Shown one piece after another: positions 49,023 to 62,059 of a stretch of 64,000 nucleotides of DNA. Position 1 is the first letter of the stretch; each line of letters opens with the position of its first letter. The notes under the pieces were generated by a model that was not told the DNA's origin, ran no database searches, and was given only the letters and a program-made list of their open reading frames with translations. Source of the DNA: Bispira polyomma (lineage: Eukaryota); contig OZ287756.1 in NCBI GenBank assembly GCA_965649765.1, positions 31,620,001-31,684,000 on the forward strand, in the 5' to 3' direction. The position numbers and the translations under genes were made by a program.

Positions 49023-52000
49023 CAGTCCCCGTTGTTAAGGTTGATATAGAAGGTCAGAGTTATATAAGTGAGTTTAAATGTGTAAGTTGTGGTGAAGTTT
49101 ATGAACACAGAGATAGTAAAAGATTTCACTTTGAGGGCTATACAAAATAGCTATACAAAATAAATATCATGGATGATCTTGGATAATATATGTTCTGTAG
49201 GAGTGTTTTATGAAATGTGATTGTAGTGTATATGTAATGTATTTTTTATGTTGAAATGTACCGTTGTAGTGTATATGTAACGTATTTTTTATATTGAGAT
49301 GTACCATTGTAGTGTATATGTAATGTATTTTTATGTTCAGATGTACCATTGTAGTATATATGTAATGTATTTTTTCTATTGCATGGCGTTAACCTTGATA
49401 ATGTATTCAGGTCTTGTAAAGCATTGTAGTGTATATGTAATTGTGCTTTTATGTTCAGATGTATGTAATGTATTCATGGCTTGTAAACCATTGTGGTGTA
49501 TATGTAATGTATTTTTGTGTTCAGATGTAATATATTCATGTCTTGTTTAAAAAAAAAAAAAAAATGGTGGTGGGAAGTTAAAATAATTTTCACTTGTTGC
49601 TTCTTCAAAGTCAATCTCAATATGGCAGTATAATCCCAAGAAAAACCAGGGAATGTTCATTAATTTAGCAATGTGATTGGCCCTAGCATAGCTATGGTAA
49701 AATGTCCTGAGGATAGCTATACCTAATTTTTAATTAAGGTGGTGTGTTGTATTTAACGTTGACTGAGATAGCAGTCTCCTGAACTAGACATGCTTAGCAC
49801 AGTCCCCGTTATTAAGGTTGATATAGAAAGTCAGAGTTATATAAATGAGTTTAAATTTGTAAGTTGTGGTGAAGTTTATGAACACAGAGATAGTAAAAGA
49901 TTTCACTTTGAGGGTTTATTTTTACATGTTAGTAGTATATGTACATGATATTATATAAAAGGTAAAATGCTTCAAAATTATATTTAAACATCACAAATCT
50001 TTACAGCCCCATGCCAAACCAAGGAATAGTGGGAGATGGCAGAGGCTAAATGGACCACTGAGGCAGCTTGTGAAGTATTTTGTAGCTATGTCCACACAGC
50101 AGATGACCTCCACAGTCCGTGGGCCATAATGTTCTGGAGTGAGACGTTTTGGTTGAATACAAAAGTGGCTCCCGACCTTCTGAATGCCTGGAATCTGTGT
50201 GAACTATGTTGAATGCCAATGTGTTGTAAAAGTTTTTGTACAGCAGATCTTACATGTGAATCAATAATTGTGTGATATGGTGGAATTTTTGATGTAAACA
50301 GTGGTGCCTTGTCCGAAATTTGTCTGGACAAAAGCAGTTTCTTAAGAGCTAAGACTGGGCAGATGTGAGAATTTTCCAGTAGTGGAATCTGAATTATATG
50401 AGTGTCAGTTCGATTTTGTAAATTTTTTTTACCCCATTTCAAGATCATATGAGCTCCTGGGAGACCAAAAATGACATCCTGTCTAAGAATATGCCTGGTA
50501 TTGTCAAACGCTGATTTTGAATGAGGAGCTATGTTTGATAACCTCAAGAAACCAAAAAAGGCTACTAAAAAAGTAGCCCTAAAGAGTAATGGATCATCCA
50601 GGATTTCACAAGCTCTAGATATGAGAATAAGCTGTTCTATGGTAAAAATACCTAAGTCTTAAATTGTGCATTGTATGCTGTAGATGTCTTTGGTCTTAAG
50701 GCTAAGTTAATTCTGGCATTGGCTGAAGCCATCAAAGCTTGGCTGATGCATGTAGAACCTCAAATTATATAGATAAGTCCAATTTGAAGTATTCAATTGG
50801 TACTTGATGCCATTTAAGACTGCTGTCTATTTTATTTGTCTCGATCCGACACCTTGTCTAAATACAATCCAGACAATGCATCTGCAATAACATTTTCCTT
50901 ACTAGGAATATATCTAATTTTAAGACTAATGTCATAAATAGCTGTTAGTAACCAGATGTTTCTTAAGCATAAGTCCAAAAATCTATTTCTGTTTTTTTGT
51001 GATTCGAAAACCAGAACCATAGCCATGTTGTCACAGTTGATCATTAGACTACCATGTCTCCACTCCTCAGCCCATACATGTAAAGCAATGATTATGTTTA
51101 ACATTTTGAGATGTACGCATATCAATTTTTACGATTGTCAATGTCCGTACATTGCTGAAAAGCCGCGCTTTCATGCACCCACCCGAATGCAATTACAGAG
51201 TCCACATAGTACTCATCTTTCCAAGAAATTCCTAGCTTTATTGCATCCACAGGGTCATCCCATAGGTTCCTAAATGCCCTGTCCACGTCAATTTTGAACA
51301 AGGTGGCATTTTCTGTATCTCGTATGGCTTGTGTGATGTCATCAATTGTTGGACATTTTAATACAAATGACACCATCGAATTTATCCCTGTCGACTTTGT
51401 AATTAAGCAAGTTGCCATATGGATGAGACAAGTTCAAAATTACTCTGCGTTTATTAATATCTTTGGGTTTAGTGAGAAGTGGCAAACAATGGTAGTCTGA
51501 AGTTTTTTCTTCCTTAACTAGACCTAACATGGCCCCTAAGCAGGTTTCTTTCCTAAGATATTCCCCAAACTCATAGGGATACTGTAAAGCTGAGTAATGA
51601 TTCTTTACCTTAACATTTTCTAACTTAGTGGGAGTCCTTAAACATAGAGGAAAACCAAATGTAATATATTGTAGTAATAGCTTGTCAGGATAATCCTGAA
51701 GCATGTGCTACCAAGCTTGTGTATTCAGCCCAGAACTTAGTGGTATTCTGGCTGATCTATAGTTTGGAACTTCTGTCTGTTTTATAATTAGAGCAGTTGT
51801 AATCATGTGTTCTACTGTTTTATATGTATTGGCTGTTTTTATGGGCCTTGAAATTCAAAGTCAGTGTCTGAAAGTGCAATGAACCCTACAGTCTTATTTT
51901 TGTCATTAATATCAGTGACCATCCTGTTGATTGGTTCACTAGCCCTTACCATATAAGTCATTTGGGAGAATTTGAACGATGCAGGGTGAGTATATTTTTC

Positions 52001-54143
52001 ATCACAATAACTTACCATGCTTATAGTACTGTCAGAGCTACTATGTCTATTCTGTACAGACTCACCTATTGACTTTACATTTACTTCAGTACTGACTATA
52101 TTTACATCTTCACAATATTCAATTAACTTGTCAATTACATTTTCTACAAATTGAGTATATGTTTTACCATTAAATTTTAAACACTGCATATCTCTTTGGT
52201 AAAAATAAAAATCATTACTGGCTTGCTTTTGTTGCTCAGCTGAAATTCATTCAATGCCATCAATGTTTATAAATGGTATCTCATTGTCTTTACTAATCAA
52301 TGTTTCAAAGACATTAATGATATACAACATACAGTTGGGTTTGAAGTCCAGAGGAGTGTAGCATTCCAATCCAGTGGCACTATCAGTGTAACTATAATAG
52401 AAACATTTTGCCAACATCACCATAGGTGTTTTCAGAAATGTTCTCAGATATTATATTTGACAAAATATTATGATTACAGTTTGACTTATTATTATCTCTC
52501 AGAAACCAATCATTTTTTTATTTTTTTTTTCTACATAACTAAAGTTGTTTTTACTTGAGAAATTGTCCTCATTTACTGTTAAATCTACAGTATTTACCAA
52601 TGTTCCTTCCTGCTTAACTGGTTGTCGAATGACTCCCTAACTGATTTTTACATTTTGGCTGTAAGATTGCTTGCTTGAGTTTGCCTTAAGACATTTAAAT
52701 TCGGGGTGACCAGATTCCTTTCCTAAAACTTTGGCACAGTACCAGCTTTGATGCTTATAGTTTCCATGATCATTTTTGTGACTGCATTTACCATTGTTAA
52801 ATAGCTTACATATTGTTTTCTGTTCTGTAGCATTGGACGTACCCTGGTGGTGGTTGTTAACCATGGCCAACTGAGTCACACTCATTCGATTCAGTGGCCA
52901 TTGCGTGCCATCTTGCCACATCAAGCGTCCCTCCTCAATTTCATGCATGTTCGATGCCCATGCCGTCCTCACCACAGGCCAAGGGAGTGACAAGGCATCT
53001 CGAAGCATGAATACTATCTGGGTCATCATGTCCCTCATTGCTGTGTTATCTGCAACAAGGAGCACATTTGAGATTTGTCCTGCCGCCCATTGTGGTAGCG
53101 ACAGGTCATCATAGGCGGGCTGTTTATGAGAAGAAGTGGTGACGTTCGTTGCTAAGCAACCCTCGTTGGGCCAACGGTATCTTGGATCAACTGTGGCAAC
53201 ATCAGTTGAATAAAACCTGCCAGACTTAACCCTTTGGTTTTGCTTAAACGACTCATAACTGGCTAACTGGCGTGTGACTGCTGACTGCACGTCAGGCATG
53301 GAGTGAAGGGTCTCTAAGTTGGGAACAATACTATCCCGGTTGTATTCGTGGTGTGTGAGCCCCAGTAGTGGTTGTTGTGTGATTCCGGCTCCCGAAGGCG
53401 GAGTGTAGCGTGGCAGTAGTAAACTGGTGGCCTTGAGACCGCCACGTCCAAGTGTTGTAGCACTGCTCATAAACTGGTTAGAATTACTGACCGAGTCGGT
53501 AGCTGTGGCCGTTTTCACTTCAACTTTTTCAAGCCTAGATTCTAATCTTCTCAGTATTTCTAGCCTCTCGTTAGGTGGATCTTTTGATGGTTGTAAATTG
53601 ATAGGTGGCTGTATAAACTGGCCTGGAACAAAGCAGCACTCGATGTAGAAGTTAACGGTTTGTCTACTTTGGCAAGATGGCTACGAAGAGCCCGAACAAT
53701 ATTATCAGTTACCTGTGAACTGTCTGCTCCTCTTGTAGCTTTCAACACCTTGGTTTTATGGTTGACTGCCTTCTTTGTCTGTAGAGGGGTTTTATTCGTC
53801 TTACGCATGGCTATATGAACACACAAATCCAGTAACACCTTCCTTATAGTATGGTAAATGATAAAATGTAAAGTTTAAAACAATTCACTAAAAACAAATC
53901 TTGTATAAATCTCCATGTAAGTTAAAATAATTTTCACTTGTTGCGTCTTCAAAGTCAATTTCAATATGGCAGTATAATCCCAAAAAAAAACGGAAAATGT
54001 TAACTAATTCAGCAATGTGATTGGCCCTAGAATAGCTATGGTAAAATGCCCTGAGGATAGCTATACCTAATTTTAAATTTAGGTGGTGTGTTCTATTTAA
54101 CGTGGACTGAGATAGCAGTCTCCTGAAGTAGACGTGCCTAGAA
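49023..54143 (-). mobile_element. Ngaro-type YR retrotransposon E2, degenerate
   Basis: A1 53919-54143 / A2 49575-49799 (225 bp); B1 49800-49914 / B2 49023-49137; gag ~52637-53808 frameshifted; RT lacks the YxDD region; YR partly deleted with its catalytic Tyr codon changed to TAG (50086-50088). Confidence 0.92.
49215..49564. repeat. ~42-bp minisatellite plus A-run in the E2 spacer
   Basis: Units of gtagtgtatatgtaatgtattttttatgttcagatgtaccatt. Confidence 0.8.
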
Positions 54144-55218
54144 GTTTGCGCAAGATATCCAGTCGCCCTTATAGAGTACCACAAATATGGCCCAAAATTA
54201 GTCTGTAAATTTGTGACAAGGTTTTATTCGTGTTTTATGTAAAACCAAATTATGCTAATGATGATTTGGGGTTTTCATTTGCAGAGTGTTTAAATAGAAG
54301 TGGTATAGTGATTGTAACCATTTCTGTTTGCCTCACCTATTGAACAGTCTTCTCCAGTTCTCCCAGTTATACACCCATCTGTACAGATCATTGTTTTTTA
54401 TAAACTTCTCACACTTTGCATCTGTGCAGTTGTTACATATAAGGACATTGTGGCATGTTAAAGCACTCTGCTAGAGTGATCTATTTATAGAATTGGGGAA
54501 ACCCCTAAGCTTCTAGAAGCCGGTTTTATTTTGTTTCTGAAGGTTATTAAAGTTGTATTCATATGTATATCTCATCTCTGGAATGTCCTAGCGATTGCTT
54601 ACATATTCTAGAGCCTTCTCTAGCAGTTGTATATATAAGGGTTGACAGCCTGGCCACAGACCAGAGTTAATTGAGTTGAGGTGCTATATGAACTGCTATA
54701 TGAACTGCTATACTGTGAGACATTTTATTTCTTTGTGGATATAAACTGATTACTACATATGTTTTGTGGTGAACTCATTGGAGTAAACTAGATAAAAGTT
54801 GTGGATCTACCAGAGATTGGATTTATTGCATATTGGATATTGTTTGCATCCTGGACTGGATAGCTTAGTTGTGCAGACTCTCTGGATATATACATTTTGT
54901 GTTCGTGGACACTGAACGGATAACAGGATACAGGCATTGTGTGGACATTGAGCGGATCTCAAGACAGATTGCTGGATACAGTGGACAAACTTGATTAATT
55001 GTTATTTATGTAGACAGGACTGTGGTCAGGTCAGATTGGTTTAATTGTTGTATTATTGTGTGAACTATTAAGGGTATCTCAGTTGACTGTAATTCTGTAA
55101 TTGTTATTTTATTTGTTAAATAAATCTGTTAAGTGAAACTTTTTGTCTTTTCCTGTTACAACCTCAAAGCAACCGGTAATTGCTACCGCGCTTGCTCCCG
55201 TGATCGTAACAGGAAAAT

Positions 55219-55240
55219 TGGGGGCTCGTCGTCCGGGATT
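55219..55240 (+). promoter_or_regulatory. Primer binding site complementary to tRNA-Pro
   Basis: tgggggctcgtc(gtc)cgggatt versus canonical TGGGGGCTCGTCCGGGATT. Confidence 0.85.
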
Positions 55241-55318
55241 TAACCATTTGATCTAACTATTTTTATAGCTTTTTGAAAAATTATTTATTTTGTTTGAAAA
55301 TATATTACAGTGCTCAAA

Positions 55319-58300
55319 ATGGCTAAAGAGTTTGTACAGTCACCATCTATTGAGGTTCTAGAAACTTTTAAAAAAGATATGTTAATGCAGATAACACAGG
55401 AATTTCAGTTAGAGGTGAAAAGGTCAACACGTAAACATGAACTTAAAAGGCTTATTGTTGAACAGTTAGTTGATGAAGACCTCTTGCATGATAGTTGTTT
55501 AGAAGTGTATAAACCTCTGCCAATGGAGCCTTCTGGGCAATTTGAACAACAGAGAAAAGAAGAGCTTGAGGCTCAAAGGCGAAAAGAAGAGCTCGAAGTT
55601 CAAAAATTTGAAAAAGAGCTTGAGCATGAAAGGGAAATGAAGGCTTTGGAACTCAATGCTCGCCGAATTGCCCATGAAGAGTCCATGGCAACCAAATTTG
55701 ATTTGGGTAAAAATATGCGACTGGTACTACCTTTCAGCGAGTCCGAAGTTGATAAATATTTTCAACACTTTGAACGAGTGGCTCAAAATTTGAAATGGCC
55801 CACAAACCAGTGGCCTTTATTGCTGCAAAGTGTTTTCAAAGGCAAAGCCCAAGAGGCATATACAGCTTTGCCAATTTCTGAATGTAGAGATTATGACTGT
55901 GTGAAAAATGCTATCTTGAAAGCATACGAGTTGGTACCAGAAGCATATCGTCAAAAATTCACAAATTACCATAAGCAAGAAAATCAAACTTATGTTGAAT
56001 TTGCCCATGAAAAAGAAGTGTACTTTGACAGATGGTGTAATTCTAGAGAAGTTGGTACAGACTTTGAAAAGCTTAGGCAAGTCATTTTTATTGAGGAGTT
56101 CAAAAGGGGTGTTCGTGATGACATTAAAACCTATCTGGATGAACAGAAAGTAGAAAATTTGCAAAAAGCAGCAGCTTATGCTGATGATTATGCGCTGACT
56201 CACAAGTCCACTCTTAACAAGAGTAAATCCTCTGGTCCCACAAAGAAGTTTTATCCTGAAGTAGGAAAGAAATTAGAAAATATAGCGCCAGAAAAGAGTT
56301 CAGATAAGTTTCAAACAACAAATCAGACAATGAGTAAGGATAGGAAACCTAGGTCCTTTGCTCCTGTGTGCCATTACTGTAAAAAACCTGGGCATGTTAT
56401 GTCTGACTGTTGGCTCCTTAAGAAAAGGAGAGAAAAGGAGGCAACACCTAATGCCTTTATTTCTAGCAAATCTAATTGGCGTTCAAATCCCAATAGAGCA
56501 GAACCTACTATTGGTTTAGACAAGTCTGAGATTAGGGATGAGTTCAAACCTTTTGTGTCTGAGGGTTTTGTGTCCTTAGAAAGTAGTTCCAGTCATGTTC
56601 CCATCAAGATATTAAGAGACACTGGGGCTACTCAGTTAACACTTTTAGAAGGTGTATTGCCATTGAGTGTAAGCACTTCTAATGGTGAGAGTATTATTGC
56701 TCAAGGTATTGAAGGAGGTTGTGTAAACATTCCCTTACATAAGGTCAACTTAGTATCAGACTTAGTTACTGGTTCTGTTGTGGTGGGTACCAGGCCCACG
56801 TTACCCATTAAAGGGGTGTCTTTGCTGTTGGGAAATGATTTGGCAGGTGGCAAGGTGATTGCTGATCCTAAGGTTACTTCTAAGCCGATCACTTTAGTTA
56901 GCACTGAGAAATTAGAAGAGGTTATTTCTGGTATTTTTCCCTCCTGTGCTGTGACTCGAGCTATGGCTAAAAAAGCGCAAGAAGAACCAAAAGATTGTAA
57001 ACAATCTACAGATGTGTTAGTAGATTTATCAGATACATTCTTAAACAACTGTGACCATGATGTGAAAAATCATACTGATACCGACCCTAAAGGTAGGGAA
57101 AATTCTGAGAAACAAGACCAATTTGATGATCCAGATGTATCGCTTTCAAAATCAAAATTGATTGTAGAGCAGGAAAATGACCCTGAATTAGCCCCTCTAT
57201 TCAAACTGGTGTTACCACCAGTAGAGCTAGATAAGGTCCCAGTAGGCTATTATATCAGAAATGGTGTGCTTATGCGAAAGTGGAGGCCGCCAAGTGTCCC
57301 TACCTCTGAGAATTGGTCAATACTTCATCAGATTGTATTACCAAAAATGTACCAAAATGGTGTATTGAGGTTAGCTCATGAGTCTTCAATGGGTGGCCAT
57401 TTAGGCATCAATAAAACCTGTGGCAAAATAACGAAGCATTTCTACTGGCCTCAAATCCGCCGCTGTGTGGCAGAATTTTGTAAAACTTGTCACATTTGTC
57501 AAGTTGTGGGGAAACCAAACCAAAAGATTCCTGTAGCTCCTCTAAAACCCATTCCAGCATTTGGAACCATTCAGCAAGGTGATAATTGATTGTGTAGGCC
57601 CCTTACTAAAGACTAAATCGAGAAACCAATATCTCTTAACCATTATGTGTGCCTCTACCAGATTCCCTGAAGCCATACCTTTGACCAACATAACAGCCCC
57701 AAAAATCTCAAAAGCTTTAGTCAATTTCTTTACTTTAGTTGGCTTACCGAAGGAGATCCAGTCAGATCAAGGGTCAAATTTTATGTCAGGATTATTCAGC
57801 AAGTCGTGTTTCAGTTAGGTGTCAAACAGATCAAATCTAGTGCTTATCACCCAGAATCACAAGGTGCCCTTGAAAGGTTCCATTCCACTTTAAAAAATAT
57901 GATTAGGACATATTGCTTAGACAATGAGAAAGATTGGGATGAAGGCATCAACTTATTATTGTTTGCAGTTAGGGAATCAGTGCAAGAGTCTTTAGGCTTT
58001 AGTCCCTTTGAGTTGGTGTTTGGTCATTCAGTCCGTGGTCCTCTCAAATTGTTAAAAGAAAATTGGTTATCTGAGAACTCTGAGAGCCTAAACCTGTTAG
58101 ATTATGTTTCAAAGTTTAGGAGTAGGCTGAAAAAGGCTTGTGAGCTAGCGCAACAAAATTTGAAACATTCTCAGTCAAAAATGAAAAGGCTTTATGATAG
58201 AAAGTCGCAAAACCGTGTTTTTAAACCGAGAGACAAGGTTTTAGTGTTATTACCAGTCCAGGGGAACACGTTACAAGCCAGATATCATGGGCCATACAAA

Positions 58301-59946
58301 GTGTTAAAAAGAGTAGGTGATCTGGATTATGTCATTGAAACCCGGGACAGAAGGAAGCCAACCCAACTGTGTCATGTAAATATGGTAAAACCATACTTTG
58401 AAAGGGGTGTGACAAAGCCTGTCATGGCTACTGACTGTAATGTGGAAAATGACAACAATCAGGAGCATGAAGCATGGGATGACACTCCTGATGTTGAAAT
58501 TAAATGTAAAATCAGGTTGAGTAATTCAGAAATTCTTGCTGATTTGGAAACCAAACTGAATCATGTACCTCCAGATAAGAGGATCCCACTTAGTGAGTTA
58601 CTCTTGAAGTATAAGTCAGTATTTCCTGATACCCCTAACAGGACCAATGTACTCATGCATGATGTTGATGTTGGCAATGCCATTCCGGTCAAACAGCACC
58701 CATATCGTGTAAACCCGATTAAACTAGAAAAATTAAGACAAGAAGTGCAATACATGTTGCACAAAGATATAATTGAACCAAGTCAAAGTAGTTGGGCATC
58801 TCCTTGTGTTTTGGTCCCAAAGCCTGATGGTTCTTTCAGATATTGCACAGACTATAGAAAGGTTAATGTTTTGAGTAAAACCGATTCATTTCCTATCCCA
58901 AGAATGGAAGACTGTATTGATCGGATTGGTAAAGCCAAATATATCACAAAGTGTGACTTATTGAAAGGTTACTGGTGTGTACCTCTTACTGAACGGGCAA
59001 AAGAAATATCAGCATTTGTAACTCCCGATGGTCTATATCAGTACAAAGTAATGTCATTCGGCATGAAAAATTCCCAAGCTACATTTCAGAGACTAATGAA
59101 TATATGTTTAAGGAACTTAGAAGGGGTTGAAGTGTATGTGGATGATATTGTCATCTTTAGTGATACTTGGGAAGAACATTTAAAAAGACTTGAACAAGTT
59201 CTGTTTCAGCTCAAGCAAGCCAACCTTACTGTGAATCTATCGAAAAGTGACTTTGTAAAAGCAAACGTTGTTTACTTAGGGCATGTAGTGGGTCATGGAG
59301 TTGTGACACCAATTAAAGCAAAAGTTGAAAACGTTATTGACTACCCTATTCCTAAAAATAAGAAAAGTTTAATGAGGTTCCTGGGAATGTCAGGTAATTA
59401 TAGAAAACTTTGTAAAAATTTCTCAGATGTCACTGCTCCACTGACTGAGCTCTTGAAAAAAAAACGTAAAATATCACTGGTCTGAAACTTGTCAAAAAGC
59501 ATTTGACAAAGTAAAAAATGTTCTCTGTTTGGAGCCTGTACTAACTGCTCCAGACTTCAGTAGACCATTTCGGTTAGCTGTGGATGCCAGTGATGTTGGG
59601 GCAGGTGCAGTTTTACTGCAGACTGATGAAGATATTGAACCTCCCATTTGTAATTTTTCAAAAAAATTTAACGTACATCAAAAAAATTACTCTACAATAG
59701 AAAAGGAATGTTTAGCCCTCATTTTAGCCATTAAACACTTTGATATATATATATATATCTTCATCATCAAAACCAACTATTGTGTACACAGATCACAACC
59801 CTTTAGTATTCTTGCACAAAATGAAAAACAAAAACAGACGTTTATTGAATTGGAGCTTGGTTTTGCAAGAATACAGTTTACAAATAGAGCATGTTAAAGG
59901 AAAGGATAACATTTGTGCTGATGCTCTATCAAGAAGTTGTAGTTAA
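55319..59946 (+). pseudogene. Gag-Pol polyprotein (SCAN-like Gag, CCHC knuckle, protease, integrase, RT, RNase H), frameshifted
   Basis: CHYCKKPGHVMSDC; LRDTGA; HHCC + DCVGP/DQGSNF/E integrase; YVDD; DASDVG/TDH RNase H; frameshifts near 57560, 57800, 59460, 59750. Confidence 0.93.
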
Positions 59947-60131
59947 AGGTTATTTTGTATGTTAGTAACTGAAAAGTAAAGTTGTAAAACTTAGATGTTT
60001 ACTTATGGATATTACTTGTGTAACTTAAAATACAATGTTCCATGGAATGTTAATACATATGTACACTGTATATTTACTTATGTTTTGTGTAATATGAAAT
60101 TTTGTAACCTTGGCTTCCAAAATTTTTCTTC

Positions 60132-60142
60132 AAGGGGGGAGG
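60132..60142 (+). promoter_or_regulatory. Polypurine tract
   Basis: aaggggggagg directly before the 3' LTR. Confidence 0.9.
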
Positions 60143-62059
60143 TGTTACATATAAGGACATTGTGGCATGTTAAAGCACTCTGCTAGAGTGATCTATTTAT
60201 AGAATTGGGGAAACCCCTAAGCTTCTAGAAGCCGGTTCTATTTTGTTTCTGAAGGTTATTAAAGTTGTATTCATATGTATATCTCATCTCTGGACTGTCC
60301 TAGCGATTGCTTACATATTCTAGAGCCTTCTCTAGCAGTTGTATATATAAGGGTTGACAGCCTGGCCACAGACCAGAGTTAATTGAGTTGAGGTGCTATA
60401 TGAACTGCTATATGAACTGCTATACTGTGAGACATTTTATTTCTTTGTGGATATAAACTGATTACTACATATGTTTTGTGGTGAACTCATTGGAGTAAAC
60501 TAGATAAAAGTTGTGGATCTACCAGAGATTGGATTTATTGCATATTGGATATTGTTTGCATCCTGGACTGGATAGCTTAGTTGTGCAGACTCTCTGGATA
60601 TATACATTTTGTGTTCGTGGACACTGAACGGATAACAGGATACAGGCATTGTGTGGACATTGAGCGAATCTCAAGACAGATTGCTGGATACAGTGGACAA
60701 ACTTGATTAATTGTCATTTATGTGGACAGGACTGTGGTCAGGTCAGATTGGTTTAATTATTGTATTATTGTGTGAACTATTAAGGGTATCTCAGTTGACT
60801 GTAATTCCGTAATTCTGTAATTGTTATTTTATTTGTTAAATAAATTTGTTAAGTGAAACTTTTTGTCTTTTCCTGTTACAACCTCAAAGCAACCGGTAAT
60901 TGCTACTGCACTTGCTCCCGTGACCGTAACAGCAGTTCTCAGAACATGGTTTACAACTTATTCCATAGGTATCCCTTCACATTTTGAAACCGAGTACAGT
61001 ATAAGAATAATTTGTAGTCTTGTGTAGTAAAATGTTTTTATTTAAATCAAAACTGTATTGCATACAGAATTAACAATAGATAAAAATTAGGAATAGTGGA
61101 CAAAACATTTATCTATGGATTAGTTGAATGACAGAAGTACAGATAATATAAGTTATGATTTCGGTGTTCTTACAACAAACTATCAAGTGTTGAAAAGAAA
61201 ATGTATTGCCAAAAAAGATGTTAACTATTTTGTACACTACATGTGTGAAAATGTTGCAATTATATGGTACACACGGTGATATAGGGTATATACAATTTGG
61301 TTTTAATATGTGTCCTCATACAGTTTCGAAAGAACTTCTGACAATGTAAAAATACTTGCCATATATCTTATCATATGGCGACTAAATGACTTTACTCATG
61401 TAACATTTCACTAGTATTATGTCTCAATAAATATGATTGGATTGTACATTTAGAGAATATGTATATTGAAATAAAATATATATTTGTATTTCTATTATAA
61501 TGTATATACTAAACACTGTATCTCTCTTCCCGGTGTCAATTGCTATTTTTTTAATTATTCAAGAATAGCCCACGTGCAATAGAAACTGTCATACATCCTA
61601 GGGTACAACATTCTGCCAGTGATGATATGTACCACAATGCCAGGTGTCTAACATTTTTGACAGAGGAGGCCCTATAATCCTATGTACAATGTTTCGGTAT
61701 AGTCCAGCTACTCATTCAAGTTGCATTGCGCCAAGAGTTATCTATATTTTATTATATGGCCATCTCTTATAGTGACTTCTTTTGGAGATTTCTATTTGTA
61801 GGTTTTTTATACATGTGGTTAAGTGATGGTATATACTTCTTAATGACCTCACTAAATTTTTCAGTTCAGTTTTGAAAACATTTTTACAATTTTAAGTACT
61901 TTTTTACAATTTAAATTTTTTTCATTAGTGTTAGTTTTTTTATACCACATCTTTACAATATCTCTATTTTGTAAAGGTTTATGTACAAATTTATGTACAA
62001 CATATTAATTAATCTGTAAATTTCACCCTAATTATATTAAACTAGTATACCACTCAAGA

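Larger units (their letters stand above)
54431..60931 (+). mobile_element. Full-length Gmr1-like Ty3/Gypsy LTR retrotransposon
   Basis: LTRs 54431-55211 and 60143-60931 (about 10 substitutions and one 8-bp indel counted by eye), TSD GCAGT, PBS, PPT, order gag-PR-IN-RT-RH. Confidence 0.97.
54337..60983 (-). pseudogene. EGF repeat exon of gene B split by the Gypsy insertion (54337-54430 + 60937-60983)
   Basis: Halves rejoin across TSD GCAGT; acceptor AG changed to AA; -1 and +1 indels relative to paralogs. Confidence 0.88.
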
